Source of the DNA: Bacteroidales bacterium
GTDB taxonomy: Bacteria > Bacteroidota > Bacteroidia > Bacteroidales > WCHB1-69
Length of the DNA stretch: 64,000 nucleotides
Assembly (NCBI GenBank): GCA_017551725.1
Contig: JAFZKY010000037.1
Location: 123,595-187,594 of the forward strand
Direction of reading: 5' to 3'
The translations under genes were made by a program, and so were the position numbers. The notes under the pieces were generated by a model. The model was not told the origin of the DNA. It was given only the letters and a program-made list of their open reading frames with translations, and made no database searches. Below, piece by piece: positions 17,003-27,091 of this stretch. The stretch's first letter is position 1, and each line of letters begins with the position of its first letter.

Positions 17003-17968
17003 TCACCATCCGAACGGATGTTCAACCAAGGGCAGTGCGGCCAGCGGATGGTAATCGCCTTTCAGCCCCACAGGCACGGCATTGCGGATATCATAAACAA
17101 TTTGGATGCAAGTTCTTACATCATCCAATCCAAAGCCATTGCCGGCCAGAATCTGCCGGTAGCTTTCTGTGTGCAAGTCGGTGAAACCGCCGCTGAACTC
17201 GAACTCTTCCTCACCGATGCGGATGGAACGATACGTGCGCAGGCCATTGTCCAGCGCCTCGGGAGGCAACGTGTCGGGATTGATGCTGAGGAAATAGCGC
17301 ACGCGGGCTTTCTTCAACCTCAAAAAGCCGGCCACGCGGTCGAACGAGGAGACATGCACGATGTTTTCTTCCACATCGCCGAAGATGTACGATAACATGT
17401 CGTAGAAATGCACCCCGATGTTGGTGGCCACGCCACCGCTCTTGTGGGCATCGCCTTTCCACGAGGCGTAATACCACTTGCCGCGGCTCGTGATATAGGT
17501 TAGGTCCACATCGTAAACCTTGTCCTGCGGGCCTTCATCTACCCTTTTCTTCAACGCCACAATGGAAGGATGCAGGCGCAGCTGCAGGATGTTGTTGACC
17601 TTGTGGCCAGTTTCCTCCTCCACCCTCTGAATGCCGTCAATGTTCCATGGATTGAGCACGAGCGGCTTTTCGCAAACCACATCCGCACCCAGACGCAATG
17701 CGTAGCGCGTGTGCGAGTCGTGCAGGTAGTTGGGCGTACACACCGACACCATGTCCACCTGCCCGGGCGTACCCTTCTGCTTAGTGCAGTGCCGGTCGAA
17801 GAGCTCCAGCTCCGTGAAGACGGCGGCCTCCGGGAAGTAGCTGTCAATCACGCCCACGCTGTCACTCTTGTCGTAGGCGGCCACCAGGCGGTTACCGGTT
17901 TCGGCGATGGCCTTCAGATGGCGCGGGGCCACGTAGCCACCGACTCCTATTATGGCGAAGTTTTTCAT
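17003..17968 (-). CDS. wbpB: Gfo/Idh/MocA oxidoreductase, WbpB-like UDP-2-acetamido-2-deoxy-glucuronate 3-dehydrogenase
   Basis: 321 aa. MKNFAIIGVGGYVAPRHLKAI, SVCTPNYLH, CEKPL, NILQLRLHP, TYITSRGKWYYASWKGD and ATNIGVHFYDML closely track my recollection of Pseudomonas WbpB. Confidence 0.7.
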   Translation of the reverse strand: MKNFAIIGVGGYVAPRHLKAIAETGNRLVAAYDKSDSVGVIDSYFPEAAVFTELELFDRHCTKQKGTPGQVDMVSVCTPNYLHDSHTRYALRLGADVVCEKPLVLNPWNIDGIQRVEEETGHKVNNILQLRLHPSIVALKKRVDEGPQDKVYDVDLTYITSRGKWYYASWKGDAHKSGGVATNIGVHFYDMLSYIFGDVEENIVHVSSFDRVAGFLRLKKARVRYFLSINPDTLPPEALDNGLRTYRSIRIGEEEFEFSGGFTDLHTESYRQILAGNGFGLDDVRTCIQIVYDIRNAVPVGLKGDYHPLAALPLVEHPFGW

Positions 17969-19896
17969 TTTGATGTTTCTAAGTAGCTGTTCTGCTTGTC
18001 AATGACTTCAAATTCGGAGTTCTGGCTCTTGTATTCGTGAACCACCTCCTTCATCTGCGCCACGATGGTGAAATCGTCCTCGTTTTGCAGGTCGATGAGC
18101 TTCTGGATCTGCGGGGCCAGCGTGTCGTATTCATACGTGCGCACCTTGGCAATCTTGATTTTCTGGTGTTCCGTCTTGATGGTGTTCTCCTCCGTGGCCA
18201 GCAACTCCTCGTACAGTTTCTCGCCCGGCCGCAGGCCTGTGTATTGAATGGAGATGTCCTTGTCGAGCGTGAGGCCGGAGAGCTGGATCATCTTCTTGGC
18301 CAAATCACTGATACGCACAGACTTGCCCATGTCGAAGATAAAAATCTCGCCGCCGTTGCCCATCGCGCCGGCGGTAATCACCAGCTGACACGCCTCGGAA
18401 ATGGTCATGAAATAGCGGGTGATGTCGGGATGGGTGACGGTGATCGGGCCGCCTTTTTCTATCTGCTGGCGGAAAATAGGAATCACCGAGCCGTTGGAGT
18501 CCAGCACGTTGCCGAAACGCGTGGTGATGAACTTGGTGGTCGTCTGGTGGAAGTTCAGCGCCTGCACGTACATCTCTGCGATGCGCTTGGACGCGCCCAT
18601 GACGTTCGTCGGGTTAACGGCCTTGTCGGTGGAGACCATCACGAACTTCTTGGCCCCGTACTTCACGGCCATGTCGGCCAGCTGTTTCGTGCCCTCCACA
18701 TTGACCTTGATAGCCGAACGCACGTTCTTCTCCATCATGGGTACATGCTTATAGGCGGCGGCATGATAGACGATGTTGGGACGATAACGATCCATCAGCT
18801 TGTCCATCTGCTCCGTGTCGCAAATGTCCAAGATGTGCATGTTTACATCCTTCATGCCGTTGATCTGGTTGATTTCCCCTTGCAAGAAGAAGCAGGGCGT
18901 TTCCGCCTCATCGATGAGGACGAGCCGTTTGTACGGGAACTGCAGCAGCTGACGCACAATCTCACTGCCGATGGAGCCGGCGGCACCCGTGATCATAATC
19001 GTCTGCCCCGACAACTCGGGATTCAACAAGGAGAGGTCCAATTGTATCTGCGTGCGTTCCAGCAAATCTTCGATTTTCACCTTCTTGATCTGCTTGAAAC
19101 TGAGGTTGCCGTTGAGCCATCGCGACACGGGCGGCACCTTCAGCACCTTCACATTGTGCGGCAAAGCCGTTTCCGTAATCTCCTTCACCTTGGCATTGCC
19201 GATTTTCTGCACGGCAATAATGAGGAAGGATACATTATTGGTTTTAAGATAATTATTCAAATAATGATAATTCACAACCGGCAATCCCTCCAACTGCATC
19301 CCGATTTTTGTCGGATCCTCATCGAAAAATGCCAGCACCTTGTACTTGGAGGCATTGTCGCGGTCGATGGTCCGCTTGGTGGTCACGCCGGACTCTCCCG
19401 CCCCGAAAATCACGATGTTCTTGCGCAGCTTCACCGGATTCACGGTTTCCATATAATATATTTTGAAAATAAAACGGTAGAAAATCAACAGCACCGTGGT
19501 GATGAAGAACTCCATCATCCAAACGGAATTGGGAACAAAGAAACGGCCTGTTACTGAATATATTACGGAATTGATAAGCACAATAGCCATGGAACCGCCC
19601 AGACATGCCCAGAATATCTTGGCCACATCGCGGGTACTGGTGTAGCGTATGACCTGGTAGTTGACTTGGAAGATGGCCAAAAAGAGAATCCGCACCGGCA
19701 GAATCAGAATCGGCGCATTAATCCAATCAATATAGCCTAAATTCGACGGGAACTTGAAATTGTCGCGGATGAACATGGCCAGAAACACCGACAGGGCCAC
19801 GACCAGAATGTCAATGCACATGACCAGCCAAGGCGGCGTGATGCCTAACGATCTGACTTTGAGATATATTTTCTTTATTGGTGATTTCATACTCAA
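17965..19896 (-). CDS. polysaccharide biosynthesis protein, CapD/WbpM/PglF-type membrane-anchored NDP-sugar 4,6-dehydratase
   Basis: 643 aa with four N-terminal TM segments. Rossmann motifs GAGESG and TGAAGSIGSEI, then VSTDKAVNPTNVMGASKR. It overlaps the downstream gene by 4 nt. Confidence 0.88.
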   Translation of the reverse strand: MSMKSPIKKIYLKVRSLGITPPWLVMCIDILVVALSVFLAMFIRDNFKFPSNLGYIDWINAPILILPVRILFLAIFQVNYQVIRYTSTRDVAKIFWACLGGSMAIVLINSVIYSVTGRFFVPNSVWMMEFFITTVLLIFYRFIFKIYYMETVNPVKLRKNIVIFGAGESGVTTKRTIDRDNASKYKVLAFFDEDPTKIGMQLEGLPVVNYHYLNNYLKTNNVSFLIIAVQKIGNAKVKEITETALPHNVKVLKVPPVSRWLNGNLSFKQIKKVKIEDLLERTQIQLDLSLLNPELSGQTIMITGAAGSIGSEIVRQLLQFPYKRLVLIDEAETPCFFLQGEINQINGMKDVNMHILDICDTEQMDKLMDRYRPNIVYHAAAYKHVPMMEKNVRSAIKVNVEGTKQLADMAVKYGAKKFVMVSTDKAVNPTNVMGASKRIAEMYVQALNFHQTTTKFITTRFGNVLDSNGSVIPIFRQQIEKGGPITVTHPDITRYFMTISEACQLVITAGAMGNGGEIFIFDMGKSVRISDLAKKMIQLSGLTLDKDISIQYTGLRPGEKLYEELLATEENTIKTEHQKIKIAKVRTYEYDTLAPQIQKLIDLQNEDDFTIVAQMKEVVHEYKSQNSEFEVIDKQNSYLETSK

Positions 19897-19932
19897 TATT
19901 TATCCGTAAAAACGGGCGGCAAAAATACGAAA

Positions 19933-22335
19933 TTACTCTCTAACATACACTCTCGGGACGCGTTGCGAGATTCTTGTCATCAGTTCATAGCTGATCAGGC
20001 CGGCGGCTTTGGCCATGTCGCCCACGGTGTTGCCCTCGCCATAAACCACCACCTCATCGCCCTCATGGACATTCAATCCCGTAACATCAAGCATGCACAT
20101 GTCCATGCAAATCTTCCCGATGACCGGCACTTTCTGTCCCTGGATGACCACGGTGCCTTTCCCGTTCCCGAGCTCGCGCGGGTATCCGTCGGCGTAGCCA
20201 ATCGGGATGATGGCCACCTGCGTGTCGTGCGTGAGGCGGAAACTGCGGTTGTAGCCAATGGTCTCGCCAGCGGCTATCCTCTTCACCTGCGTCACCACTG
20301 TCTTGAGCGTCACCACGTTATGGAGCTTTTCGGCCACCTCTGGAATCTCGGAGCAGCCGTAGAGCCCGATGCCCAGACGCACCATCTCGAATTGCGACTC
20401 CGTGAAGCGGATGATGCCGGCACTGTTCAGGATGTGGCGCAGAATCGGATAGTCAAACGCCCCGATTAACGGGTCGGTCATTTGCTGGAAGAGGTCGATT
20501 TGATGATGTGTGTAGGCATCTTCCGAGGGATCCTCGGCGGCGGCCAAATGTGAGAAGACAGAGGCCACATGCAGCTGCGGCACCGACTGTATCTTCTGGA
20601 TCAGTCGCGGCACATCCTCCAAGTCGAAGCCCAGGCGGTGCATTCCCGTATCGAACTTCAGATGGATGTTGAACTGGCGGATTTCAGGATGTTTCTGCAA
20701 TACATTCACCAGCTCGTCCAGATAGTAGAAGTTGAAAATTTCGGGTTCCAGATTATGCTGTACCATCACATCAAAACTGTGCGCCTCCGCACCCAGCACA
20801 ATGATGGGGGTGGTGATGTGACGCTTGCGCAGACGCACGCCCTCGTCGGTGTAGGCCACGGCTAAATAATCCACACCATGGTGCACCAAATCATTGATAA
20901 TCTCCGCATCGCCCAACCCGTACGAATGGGCCTTGACCATCGCCACCAACTTGGTGTCGGGCTTCAGGAATGAGCGATGGAAATTGAGATTGTGTACCAA
21001 GGCCGGCAAATCGACATGAAGGATGGTGAGGTGCGTCTTGTGCTGCAACCTGCTGACTACCCGTTCAAAATGGAAGCTGCGGGCACCTTTCACCAGGATG
21101 GTTTCATACGAGATGGGTATTTGCTGCAATTCTGCGAGAAGGGTGGCGGTATCCTTGAAAAACCATTGCGCCGGACAGTCGAAGCAATGGGCGTGCTCGC
21201 ACAGGTGCGCGCCCACGGCCAGCAGTTTCGTAATATCATGTTGCTGCAAACGGCGGTTCAGTTCCCGGTAATCCTGATCCGACATTTTACCAATCTGCTC
21301 AAAATCGGACAGTATCAGCGTTTTATGGTCCATCTGCGTCTGCGTGTCCATGAAATCGAGCGCGGCGTTGAGTGAGTTGGCGTCCAAACTGTAGGTGTCG
21401 TTGATGATGACGGAATGATTGCGACCTTCCAGAATCTCGGTACGCATTTTTATACGGGTCAGGCGCGGAAGACGTTCCCGAATATCCGCCGGCTGACAAC
21501 CAAGTTCCAAGGCTGTAACAATCACGTGCAACGCATTTTCCACGGAGGCAGCATCCAAGAACGGGATCACATAACGCTCATGAGCCAGCTCCACCACCGT
21601 GGCATCCCCTTCCGCATGACGGTGTTCCACGGGATATGCCGCCGAGGCACTACCCCATGATACCTTTTGAAGATGGGCGTATTCGGGCTGGGCAAGCATT
21701 TCCAGCACCATTTTGTTGTCATCGTGGAAAATCAGTTTTTCACAAGTCTTGAAAAGTTGCAGTTTTTCCGCAATTTTCTGCCGTTCGTCACGGAAAAATT
21801 GGGCATGGGCCATACCGATGTTGGTGAGGATTCCGATTGTGGGCCGGATGATGTCGGCCAGCTGCTGCATTTCTCCGGGTTTGGAGATGCCAGCCTCAAA
21901 GATGGCAAGGTTTTGCTGATCCGACATCTGCCACACCGACAACGGCACGCCCAGCTGGGAGTTGTAGCTGTCGGGGCTTCGCACAATGTTGAAATCATCC
22001 GCCAGCAGGGTGGCCAGCCACTCCTTGACGATGGTCTTGCCGTTGCTGCCGGTGATGCCGATAACGGGATAGGAGAAGCATTGCCTGTGCGCGCGAGCAA
22101 TGGCCTGCAACGATTCCACCGGATTGGAAACCACAAAGTTGCGCACACCCATCTGCTGTAGTTGGGGGATGTATCGGTGGCCGTCGTTTTTATCCGTCTT
22201 GATGGCAAAAAAGAGCGTCTGCTCCGGATGCACCACCTTCCGGCTGTCGATGCACAATTCCGAAATCTCATCCTGGTCGCTGGCCACAACCAGATTCTCG
22301 GGATTGACGATAGAATACAATTCGGAAACCTTCAT
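19933..22335 (-). CDS. bifunctional UDP-MurNAc-tripeptide--D-Ala-D-Ala ligase (MurF) / alanine racemase (Alr) fusion
   Basis: 800 aa. The N-terminal half has the Mur ligase P-loop GITGSNGKT. The C-terminal half has the alanine racemase PLP site (AMVKAHSYGLG) and ..GYADGYPR.. This fusion is a known Bacteroidota architecture. Confidence 0.9.
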   Translation of the reverse strand: MKVSELYSIVNPENLVVASDQDEISELCIDSRKVVHPEQTLFFAIKTDKNDGHRYIPQLQQMGVRNFVVSNPVESLQAIARAHRQCFSYPVIGITGSNGKTIVKEWLATLLADDFNIVRSPDSYNSQLGVPLSVWQMSDQQNLAIFEAGISKPGEMQQLADIIRPTIGILTNIGMAHAQFFRDERQKIAEKLQLFKTCEKLIFHDDNKMVLEMLAQPEYAHLQKVSWGSASAAYPVEHRHAEGDATVVELAHERYVIPFLDAASVENALHVIVTALELGCQPADIRERLPRLTRIKMRTEILEGRNHSVIINDTYSLDANSLNAALDFMDTQTQMDHKTLILSDFEQIGKMSDQDYRELNRRLQQHDITKLLAVGAHLCEHAHCFDCPAQWFFKDTATLLAELQQIPISYETILVKGARSFHFERVVSRLQHKTHLTILHVDLPALVHNLNFHRSFLKPDTKLVAMVKAHSYGLGDAEIINDLVHHGVDYLAVAYTDEGVRLRKRHITTPIIVLGAEAHSFDVMVQHNLEPEIFNFYYLDELVNVLQKHPEIRQFNIHLKFDTGMHRLGFDLEDVPRLIQKIQSVPQLHVASVFSHLAAAEDPSEDAYTHHQIDLFQQMTDPLIGAFDYPILRHILNSAGIIRFTESQFEMVRLGIGLYGCSEIPEVAEKLHNVVTLKTVVTQVKRIAAGETIGYNRSFRLTHDTQVAIIPIGYADGYPRELGNGKGTVVIQGQKVPVIGKICMDMCMLDVTGLNVHEGDEVVVYGEGNTVGDMAKAAGLISYELMTRISQRVPRVYVRE

Positions 22336-22356
22336 GTCTATTTTTCAATGAGACGG

Positions 22357-22364
22357 CAAAGATA
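22357..22364 (-). promoter_or_regulatory. -7 promoter box (TATCTTTG) for murF-alr
   Basis: The reverse complement of caaagata matches TAnnTTTG, 22 nt upstream of the start at 22335. Confidence 0.5.
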
Positions 22365-22378
22365 ATCTTTTTTATTTG

Positions 22379-22386
22379 TATTTTTG
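22379..22386 (+). promoter_or_regulatory. -7 promoter box (TATTTTTG) for nadD
   Basis: TAnnTTTG match 22 nt upstream of the ATG at 22408. Confidence 0.5.
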
Positions 22387-22407
22387 CACCTTTTAAAAAG
22401 AGACCCT

Positions 22408-22986
22408 ATGCGCAAAACCGGCCTTTACTTCGGATCCTTCAATCCCATCCATATCGGGCATTTGATTATTGCCGAATACATGCTGGAACATTCTGACCTC
22501 GAAGAGCTTTGGTTCGTGGTCTCGCCCCGCAACCCGCTGAAAGAAAAAGCCTCTTTGTTGGATGATCGCCAGCGACTCCATTTGGTAAACCTGGCCATTG
22601 AGGATGACGACCGATTCCGGGCCAGCGACGTGGAGTTTGCCCTACCCCAGCCCTCGTACACGTGCCACACTCTGGTGCATCTGGCGGAGAAATATCCCCA
22701 GCGGGAGTTCGCCCTCATCATGGGGGAAGACAACCTGCAGACCATCTACAAGTGGCTGAACTATGACTGGATTCTGGAAAACTACGACCTCTACGTCTAT
22801 CCCCGTCCGGGATATGACGCCGGAGAATACAAGGAAGGCCCTCGCATCCATTTCGTGGAGGCACCGTTAATCGAGCTGTCGTCCACCCTGATTCGGGAAA
22901 ACCTCCGGCAGAACAAGGCTGTACGCTACATGCTACCACCAAAAGTATGGCAATATCTGGACGAAATGGGATTTTATAAAACTTAA
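22408..22986 (+). CDS. nadD: nicotinate-nucleotide adenylyltransferase
   Basis: I prefer the ATG at 22408 (MRKTGLYFGSFNPIHIGHL, the HxGH nucleotidyltransferase motif) over the TTG at 22384, which overlaps the promoter box. The C-terminal part contains the SSTLIR motif. Confidence 0.9.
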   Translation: MRKTGLYFGSFNPIHIGHLIIAEYMLEHSDLEELWFVVSPRNPLKEKASLLDDRQRLHLVNLAIEDDDRFRASDVEFALPQPSYTCHTLVHLAEKYPQREFALIMGEDNLQTIYKWLNYDWILENYDLYVYPRPGYDAGEYKEGPRIHFVEAPLIELSSTLIRENLRQNKAVRYMLPPKVWQYLDEMGFYKT

Positions 22987-23056
22987 GACCAACGACCAGA
23001 GACTATAGACCGAGGACTTTACAAACATTATAAACCTTACAAACATTACAAACAAC
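22987..23056. repeat. 7-nt-phased tract (GAC-phase heptamers, then A/C-rich heptamers) abutting the nadD stop codon
   Basis: gaccaac gaccaga gactata gaccgag gacttta caaacat tataaac cttacaa acattac aaacaac. GAC recurs at 22987, 22994, 23001, 23008 and 23015. Confidence 0.65.
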
Positions 23057-23076
23057 CCTTCTTCATCCACACGATC

Positions 23077-24483
23077 ATGTCATTCAAACGCTATACCATC
23101 GAAGATCTGGAAATCCTCTCCGCCGGTGCGGAGGGCAAAGCCGTGGCCAAGCTGGACGGCCTCACCATTTTTGTCCCATACGCCGTACCCGACGACATTG
23201 TGGATGTGGAAATCTTCAAGAAAAAGCATCATTACGCCGAGGCCAACCTGCTGGCCGTAAAACAGCCCTCTCCGGACCGCGTGGTGCCTCCCTGCCCGCA
23301 CTTCGGCGTGTGCGGCGGCTGCAAATGGCAGATGCTCGACTATGCCAAACAGCTGGAATACAAACAGAAACAGGTAGAGGACAACTTCCGCCACCTCGGC
23401 AAATTTGAATACCCGGAACTTCGACCGATTTTGGGCTCGGAGAAACAATACTACTATCGCAACAAGCTGGAGTACACCTTCTCCAACATGCGGTGGCTTT
23501 CATACGCCGACATGGCCCGCATGAAGGCAGGCGAACCGTTCGAGATGCGCTGCGCCGGCTTCCACATCCCCGGCATGTTCGACAAGATCCTCGACATCGA
23601 CCACTGTTGGCTGCAGGCGGCCCCGAGCAACGACATCCGCCTGTTCCTCAAAGACTACGCCATGCGCAACGGCATCACCTTCTACGACCCGCGCGAACGC
23701 ACCGGCGTGCTGCGCAACCTCATCATCCGCACCGCCTCCACCGGCGACCTTATGGTGGTGATGATTGTCTCTGTGTTCAATGAGGATGTTGAAAAGATGC
23801 TGAACGCACTCGCCGGCCAGTTTCCGGAAATTACATCTTTAATATATATGGTCAACACAAAGGTGAACGACGCCGTCTTCGACCTGCCTTTCCATCTGTT
23901 CAAGGGCAACGACCACATCATGGAAAAGATGGAAGACCTCTACTTCAAGGTGGGGCCCAAATCGTTCTACCAGACCAACAGCGACCAGGCCTACGTCCTC
24001 TACAGTGTGGTGCGCGACTTCGCCGCCATCCAGCCCCACGAGGTAGTCTATGACCTCTTCACCGGCACGGGCACCATTGCCAATTTCGTCGCCCACCAGG
24101 CGAAAAAAGTGGTCGGGGTGGAGTACGTGGACTCCGCCGTGGACGATGCCCGCATCAACTGTGAGCGCAACCAGATACACAATGCGGAGTTTGTGGTGGG
24201 CGACATGGCCAAGATCTTCACCGACGACTTCATCGCGCAGCACGGTCGCCCGGATGTCATCATCACCGACCCGCCGCGCGCCGGCATGCACCCCAACGTA
24301 ATCCAGATGCTGGTCAAGCTGCGGGTGCCGCGCATCGTGTATGTGAGCTGCAATCCCGCCACGCAGGCCCGCGACCTCACCCTGCTGAACAGCACCTACA
24401 AGGTAACAGCCGTGCAGCCCGTGGACATGTTCCCACACACCCAACACGTGGAAAATGTGGTGCGGATGGAACTCAGGGGATAA
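23077..24483 (+). CDS. rlmD: 23S rRNA (uracil-C5)-methyltransferase RlmD/RumA family
   Basis: 468 aa with an N-terminal TRAM-like region. Fe-S cysteines CPHFGVCGGCKWQ, SAM motif DLFTGTGTI, catalytic DPPRAG and SCNPAT. Confidence 0.88.
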   Translation: MSFKRYTIEDLEILSAGAEGKAVAKLDGLTIFVPYAVPDDIVDVEIFKKKHHYAEANLLAVKQPSPDRVVPPCPHFGVCGGCKWQMLDYAKQLEYKQKQVEDNFRHLGKFEYPELRPILGSEKQYYYRNKLEYTFSNMRWLSYADMARMKAGEPFEMRCAGFHIPGMFDKILDIDHCWLQAAPSNDIRLFLKDYAMRNGITFYDPRERTGVLRNLIIRTASTGDLMVVMIVSVFNEDVEKMLNALAGQFPEITSLIYMVNTKVNDAVFDLPFHLFKGNDHIMEKMEDLYFKVGPKSFYQTNSDQAYVLYSVVRDFAAIQPHEVVYDLFTGTGTIANFVAHQAKKVVGVEYVDSAVDDARINCERNQIHNAEFVVGDMAKIFTDDFIAQHGRPDVIITDPPRAGMHPNVIQMLVKLRVPRIVYVSCNPATQARDLTLLNSTYKVTAVQPVDMFPHTQHVENVVRMELRG

Positions 24484-24552
24484 TCTCCTATCTTTTGCCG
24501 TATCGAATTTGTTTTCTTGAGCAAAAAATAGCACTAATCACTATTTTAGCTG

Positions 24553-25440
24553 TCACGGCCAGATTTGAGTGACACCACGATAGGTGATTTCCACATGCCC
24601 ATCCTCAAGAAGATTTGCTTCTGCCCCATTGGTTCCTTGGTCGTTCGTGACTTGCATTTCAATTCTCCCAGCTCGGAAGAAAGGGGAATACGTGAAAAAT
24701 CCGGCATAACTCTGCAAATGTTGAATCTCCGAAGATTCCTCATAATAAGTCATCCCAAACTCCACGGGTTCAATAATACGATATTGCATAACCGTTCGCT
24801 TCTGTAAACGGACCCCATTATAAGTAAAACTTGAACGAAACCCGAACAGGCCCTGTCCTGACAATGACAGCGAAGCACCCAATGAGAGTGGCCACAGACC
24901 ATTCTCGTTGGTCAGTGTCAAGTCCATGCGACAATCTGAGGAATCCTGCGCATCGCTGACAAATGTCCATGTGTGCGCATCCAAACATGTAATATACACG
25001 ACGGACCCGTCCATCTTCTCAATTGTCTGGTTGTACTGTTCGGGAACCGGCACGCAAGTCATCCTCATACAGGCACCCTGCTCATTCAGCGATTGGCCCT
25101 GCAGCATTTCCACCTCCAGGTAGCTATGCGACCAACGGGTGTCGGTAATCCGCCAATGCCGTTCACCGATGGTATCCAGTTTTATCGAATAATTGAGGAA
25201 CAACGATTTCAAAAGATTGGCCTGTTCGGCACCGGATGCCGCCAGCACCGCATTCATACGAAGGGCGGTTTCTATCGTTGTACCCGTCATATCCCGCATA
25301 CTACTGAACCACCCATTGTACATAAGCCTGCCTGTTTGCGTCTTGCCTTTCTCGCCAACCCCGAGGGTGCAGGCCGTCATGGCCAATGCCAGCATTACGT
25401 ATGCCATCCCTCTAACCCACTGTCTGGTCTGTTTTTTCAT
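24553..25440 (-). CDS. hypothetical lipoprotein
   Basis: I prefer the start MKKQTRQWVRGMAYVMLALAMTAC (lipobox, ATG at 25440). The 52-codon upstream extension in the ORF track overlaps the preceding gene. No recognisable domain. Confidence 0.6.
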   Translation of the reverse strand: MKKQTRQWVRGMAYVMLALAMTACTLGVGEKGKTQTGRLMYNGWFSSMRDMTGTTIETALRMNAVLAASGAEQANLLKSLFLNYSIKLDTIGERHWRITDTRWSHSYLEVEMLQGQSLNEQGACMRMTCVPVPEQYNQTIEKMDGSVVYITCLDAHTWTFVSDAQDSSDCRMDLTLTNENGLWPLSLGASLSLSGQGLFGFRSSFTYNGVRLQKRTVMQYRIIEPVEFGMTYYEESSEIQHLQSYAGFFTYSPFFRAGRIEMQVTNDQGTNGAEANLLEDGHVEITYRGVTQIWP

Positions 25441-25471
25441 ATTTTTATTATTTATAATTTGAAACAAGAAA

Positions 25472-27028
25472 CTAAAACTCATAACCGAAACCGGCGGAAA
25501 TGAGGCCCTTGAAGCCCGCGCCCAACTCCACATTGCCGAACCAGCCTTTCGCACCCGCCTTGACACCCAGCATCGTAACGTGGACGGCCCCCGCAAACGC
25601 AGTATAGTTTGTGGCGACTGGCTGCACCTGTTTTGAGGTGAAATTGCCTATCAGCAAGCCTCCTGACAATTCAGAATACAACGTCACATGTTTCCGGTTG
25701 AGATAGGAGAAACGCAGATCTGCCATCAAATCAAAAAAGGTATTGTGTTCGGATTGTCCTTTCACCCGCTTGTCCGTCAGCCGGTCGTAGTAATAGGCGT
25801 AAAATTCAGAAAAGTCAGCGGTGAGGCCCACCCAAAGCCACTTGTAGGCGCGGTAATGATAACTTAGGGAAATCACAGGCGTGTAACGGACCTTGCTGTA
25901 CGTGTCACTGGTCAAAGTCCAATTATAGGGATTGTATTCTTCTTGGCTTATTAGATATTTTTTGTATAGTTTTGGAAACCAATCAGAAAAAATGGTAAAC
26001 ATCACCAACGAGCTGTATTCGGACTGTAGGTTCGGGATGCCGACGTTGAACTGAAATTCATGGCGATGGAACGTCTTCTCGTCAGACCAGCCCGGCGACA
26101 CTTCATCATACCAGGGTACTTTATGGAACTCTTTCTCTTTATGCTTCTGGAACGTATGGATGTATGCAATCTGCGGATATATGTATTGGTTTTTAAAAGA
26201 GACTGTACCTTCCTCTACAACAACATCTTGTGTAGAATATGTGTAGCAGCCATGCCAAAACATCGCTGGTGACAGATTGGTCCCAAGTGTAAAACGAAGC
26301 AAGCCGTTGTTTTTCAGCTGGTAATAGAAGCCCAAATCCATCAGGAAGCCCGTGTTGATACGACGCTCGTTTTTTATTTGAGAATAATACTCTGTTTCTA
26401 TAGGATAAGAAAACGACTGATCATCGTACAACAAACCGACACTGCTGAACGAACCGCTGTTACTGTAAGGATAGGGGGTGCTGAAACGGGCCCCTATATC
26501 GGCCACGAGCCAGAATCGGGAATTGAACGGCATGTGAAATTCAAATTTCAAGGGGACGGAAATACCGAACATGGAGAAACGGAAATGAGCGGGCTCACCG
26601 ATATAAACCGCATCCTCATACCTGATGTTACAGGCATAATGGGAGCCGAGATTGATCCCTGCTGAAACACCGAAATATTTCGCGAAATGGTAGGAAAACT
26701 CCAACCCGCCCACATACCCACTGCCCGGCCGAGATTTTATAAGGCTTTTTTCGCCGTCAGAATTGATAAGTTCCGCCGGACTCATCAGCTGGTACTGGAA
26801 AACGTATCCTAAATGGAACCCCTTGAAAATCTCGGGCACGAAGGCGGTTGTTCGGGTGGGTGCAACGGGCGTATCCGGCTCCGCCACCATCGGATAGTAA
26901 ATCGTATCGTGCATGTAAACAGTATCATATACAATCTTTTCCTCTACAACGTAGATGGTGTCGCGCGCCTGCCCATGCAACTGCATACACATTAGAATCG
27001 ATAAAAGGAATAAAGAGGTTTTATGCAT
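25472..27028 (-). CDS. hypothetical outer-membrane beta-barrel protein with DT[VI]Y-repeat N-terminal extension
   Basis: 518 aa with a signal peptide (..MCMQLHGQA). The mature N-terminus is RDTIYVVEEKIVYDTVYMHDTIYYP. The body is aromatic/Gly-rich with alternating pattern, and the C-terminus is ..SAGFGYEF. Confidence 0.6.
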   Translation of the reverse strand: MHKTSLFLLSILMCMQLHGQARDTIYVVEEKIVYDTVYMHDTIYYPMVAEPDTPVAPTRTTAFVPEIFKGFHLGYVFQYQLMSPAELINSDGEKSLIKSRPGSGYVGGLEFSYHFAKYFGVSAGINLGSHYACNIRYEDAVYIGEPAHFRFSMFGISVPLKFEFHMPFNSRFWLVADIGARFSTPYPYSNSGSFSSVGLLYDDQSFSYPIETEYYSQIKNERRINTGFLMDLGFYYQLKNNGLLRFTLGTNLSPAMFWHGCYTYSTQDVVVEEGTVSFKNQYIYPQIAYIHTFQKHKEKEFHKVPWYDEVSPGWSDEKTFHRHEFQFNVGIPNLQSEYSSLVMFTIFSDWFPKLYKKYLISQEEYNPYNWTLTSDTYSKVRYTPVISLSYHYRAYKWLWVGLTADFSEFYAYYYDRLTDKRVKGQSEHNTFFDLMADLRFSYLNRKHVTLYSELSGGLLIGNFTSKQVQPVATNYTAFAGAVHVTMLGVKAGAKGWFGNVELGAGFKGLISAGFGYEF

Positions 27029-27076
27029 AGGATTTTAGTATGAAAGTTTCAAAGTAAAAATTGTAGATTCAACTGG

Positions 27077-27084
27077 CAAAGTTA
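27077..27084 (-). promoter_or_regulatory. -7 promoter box (TAACTTTG) upstream of the beta-barrel gene
   Basis: The reverse complement of caaagtta matches TAnnTTTG, 49 nt upstream of the start at 27028. Confidence 0.45.
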
Positions 27085-27091
27085 TAAAAAA

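Noticed and set aside
25441-25596. 52-codon N-terminal extension of the lipoprotein ORF, overlapping the upstream beta-barrel gene
   Set aside because: The internal start MKKQTRQW..LAMTAC gives a canonical lipoprotein signal. The extension (MRGPSTLRCWVSRR..) overlaps the 3' end of the preceding gene.
27037-27060. Mini-ORF ATG AAA GTT TCA AAG TAA (MKVSK) between the sigma fusion and the barrel gene, sharing tttcaaagt with the receptor 5' tract at 3030-3046
   Set aside because: It lies on the opposite strand to the surrounding operon, is too short to evaluate, and shares only 9 nt. I regard it as coincidental.
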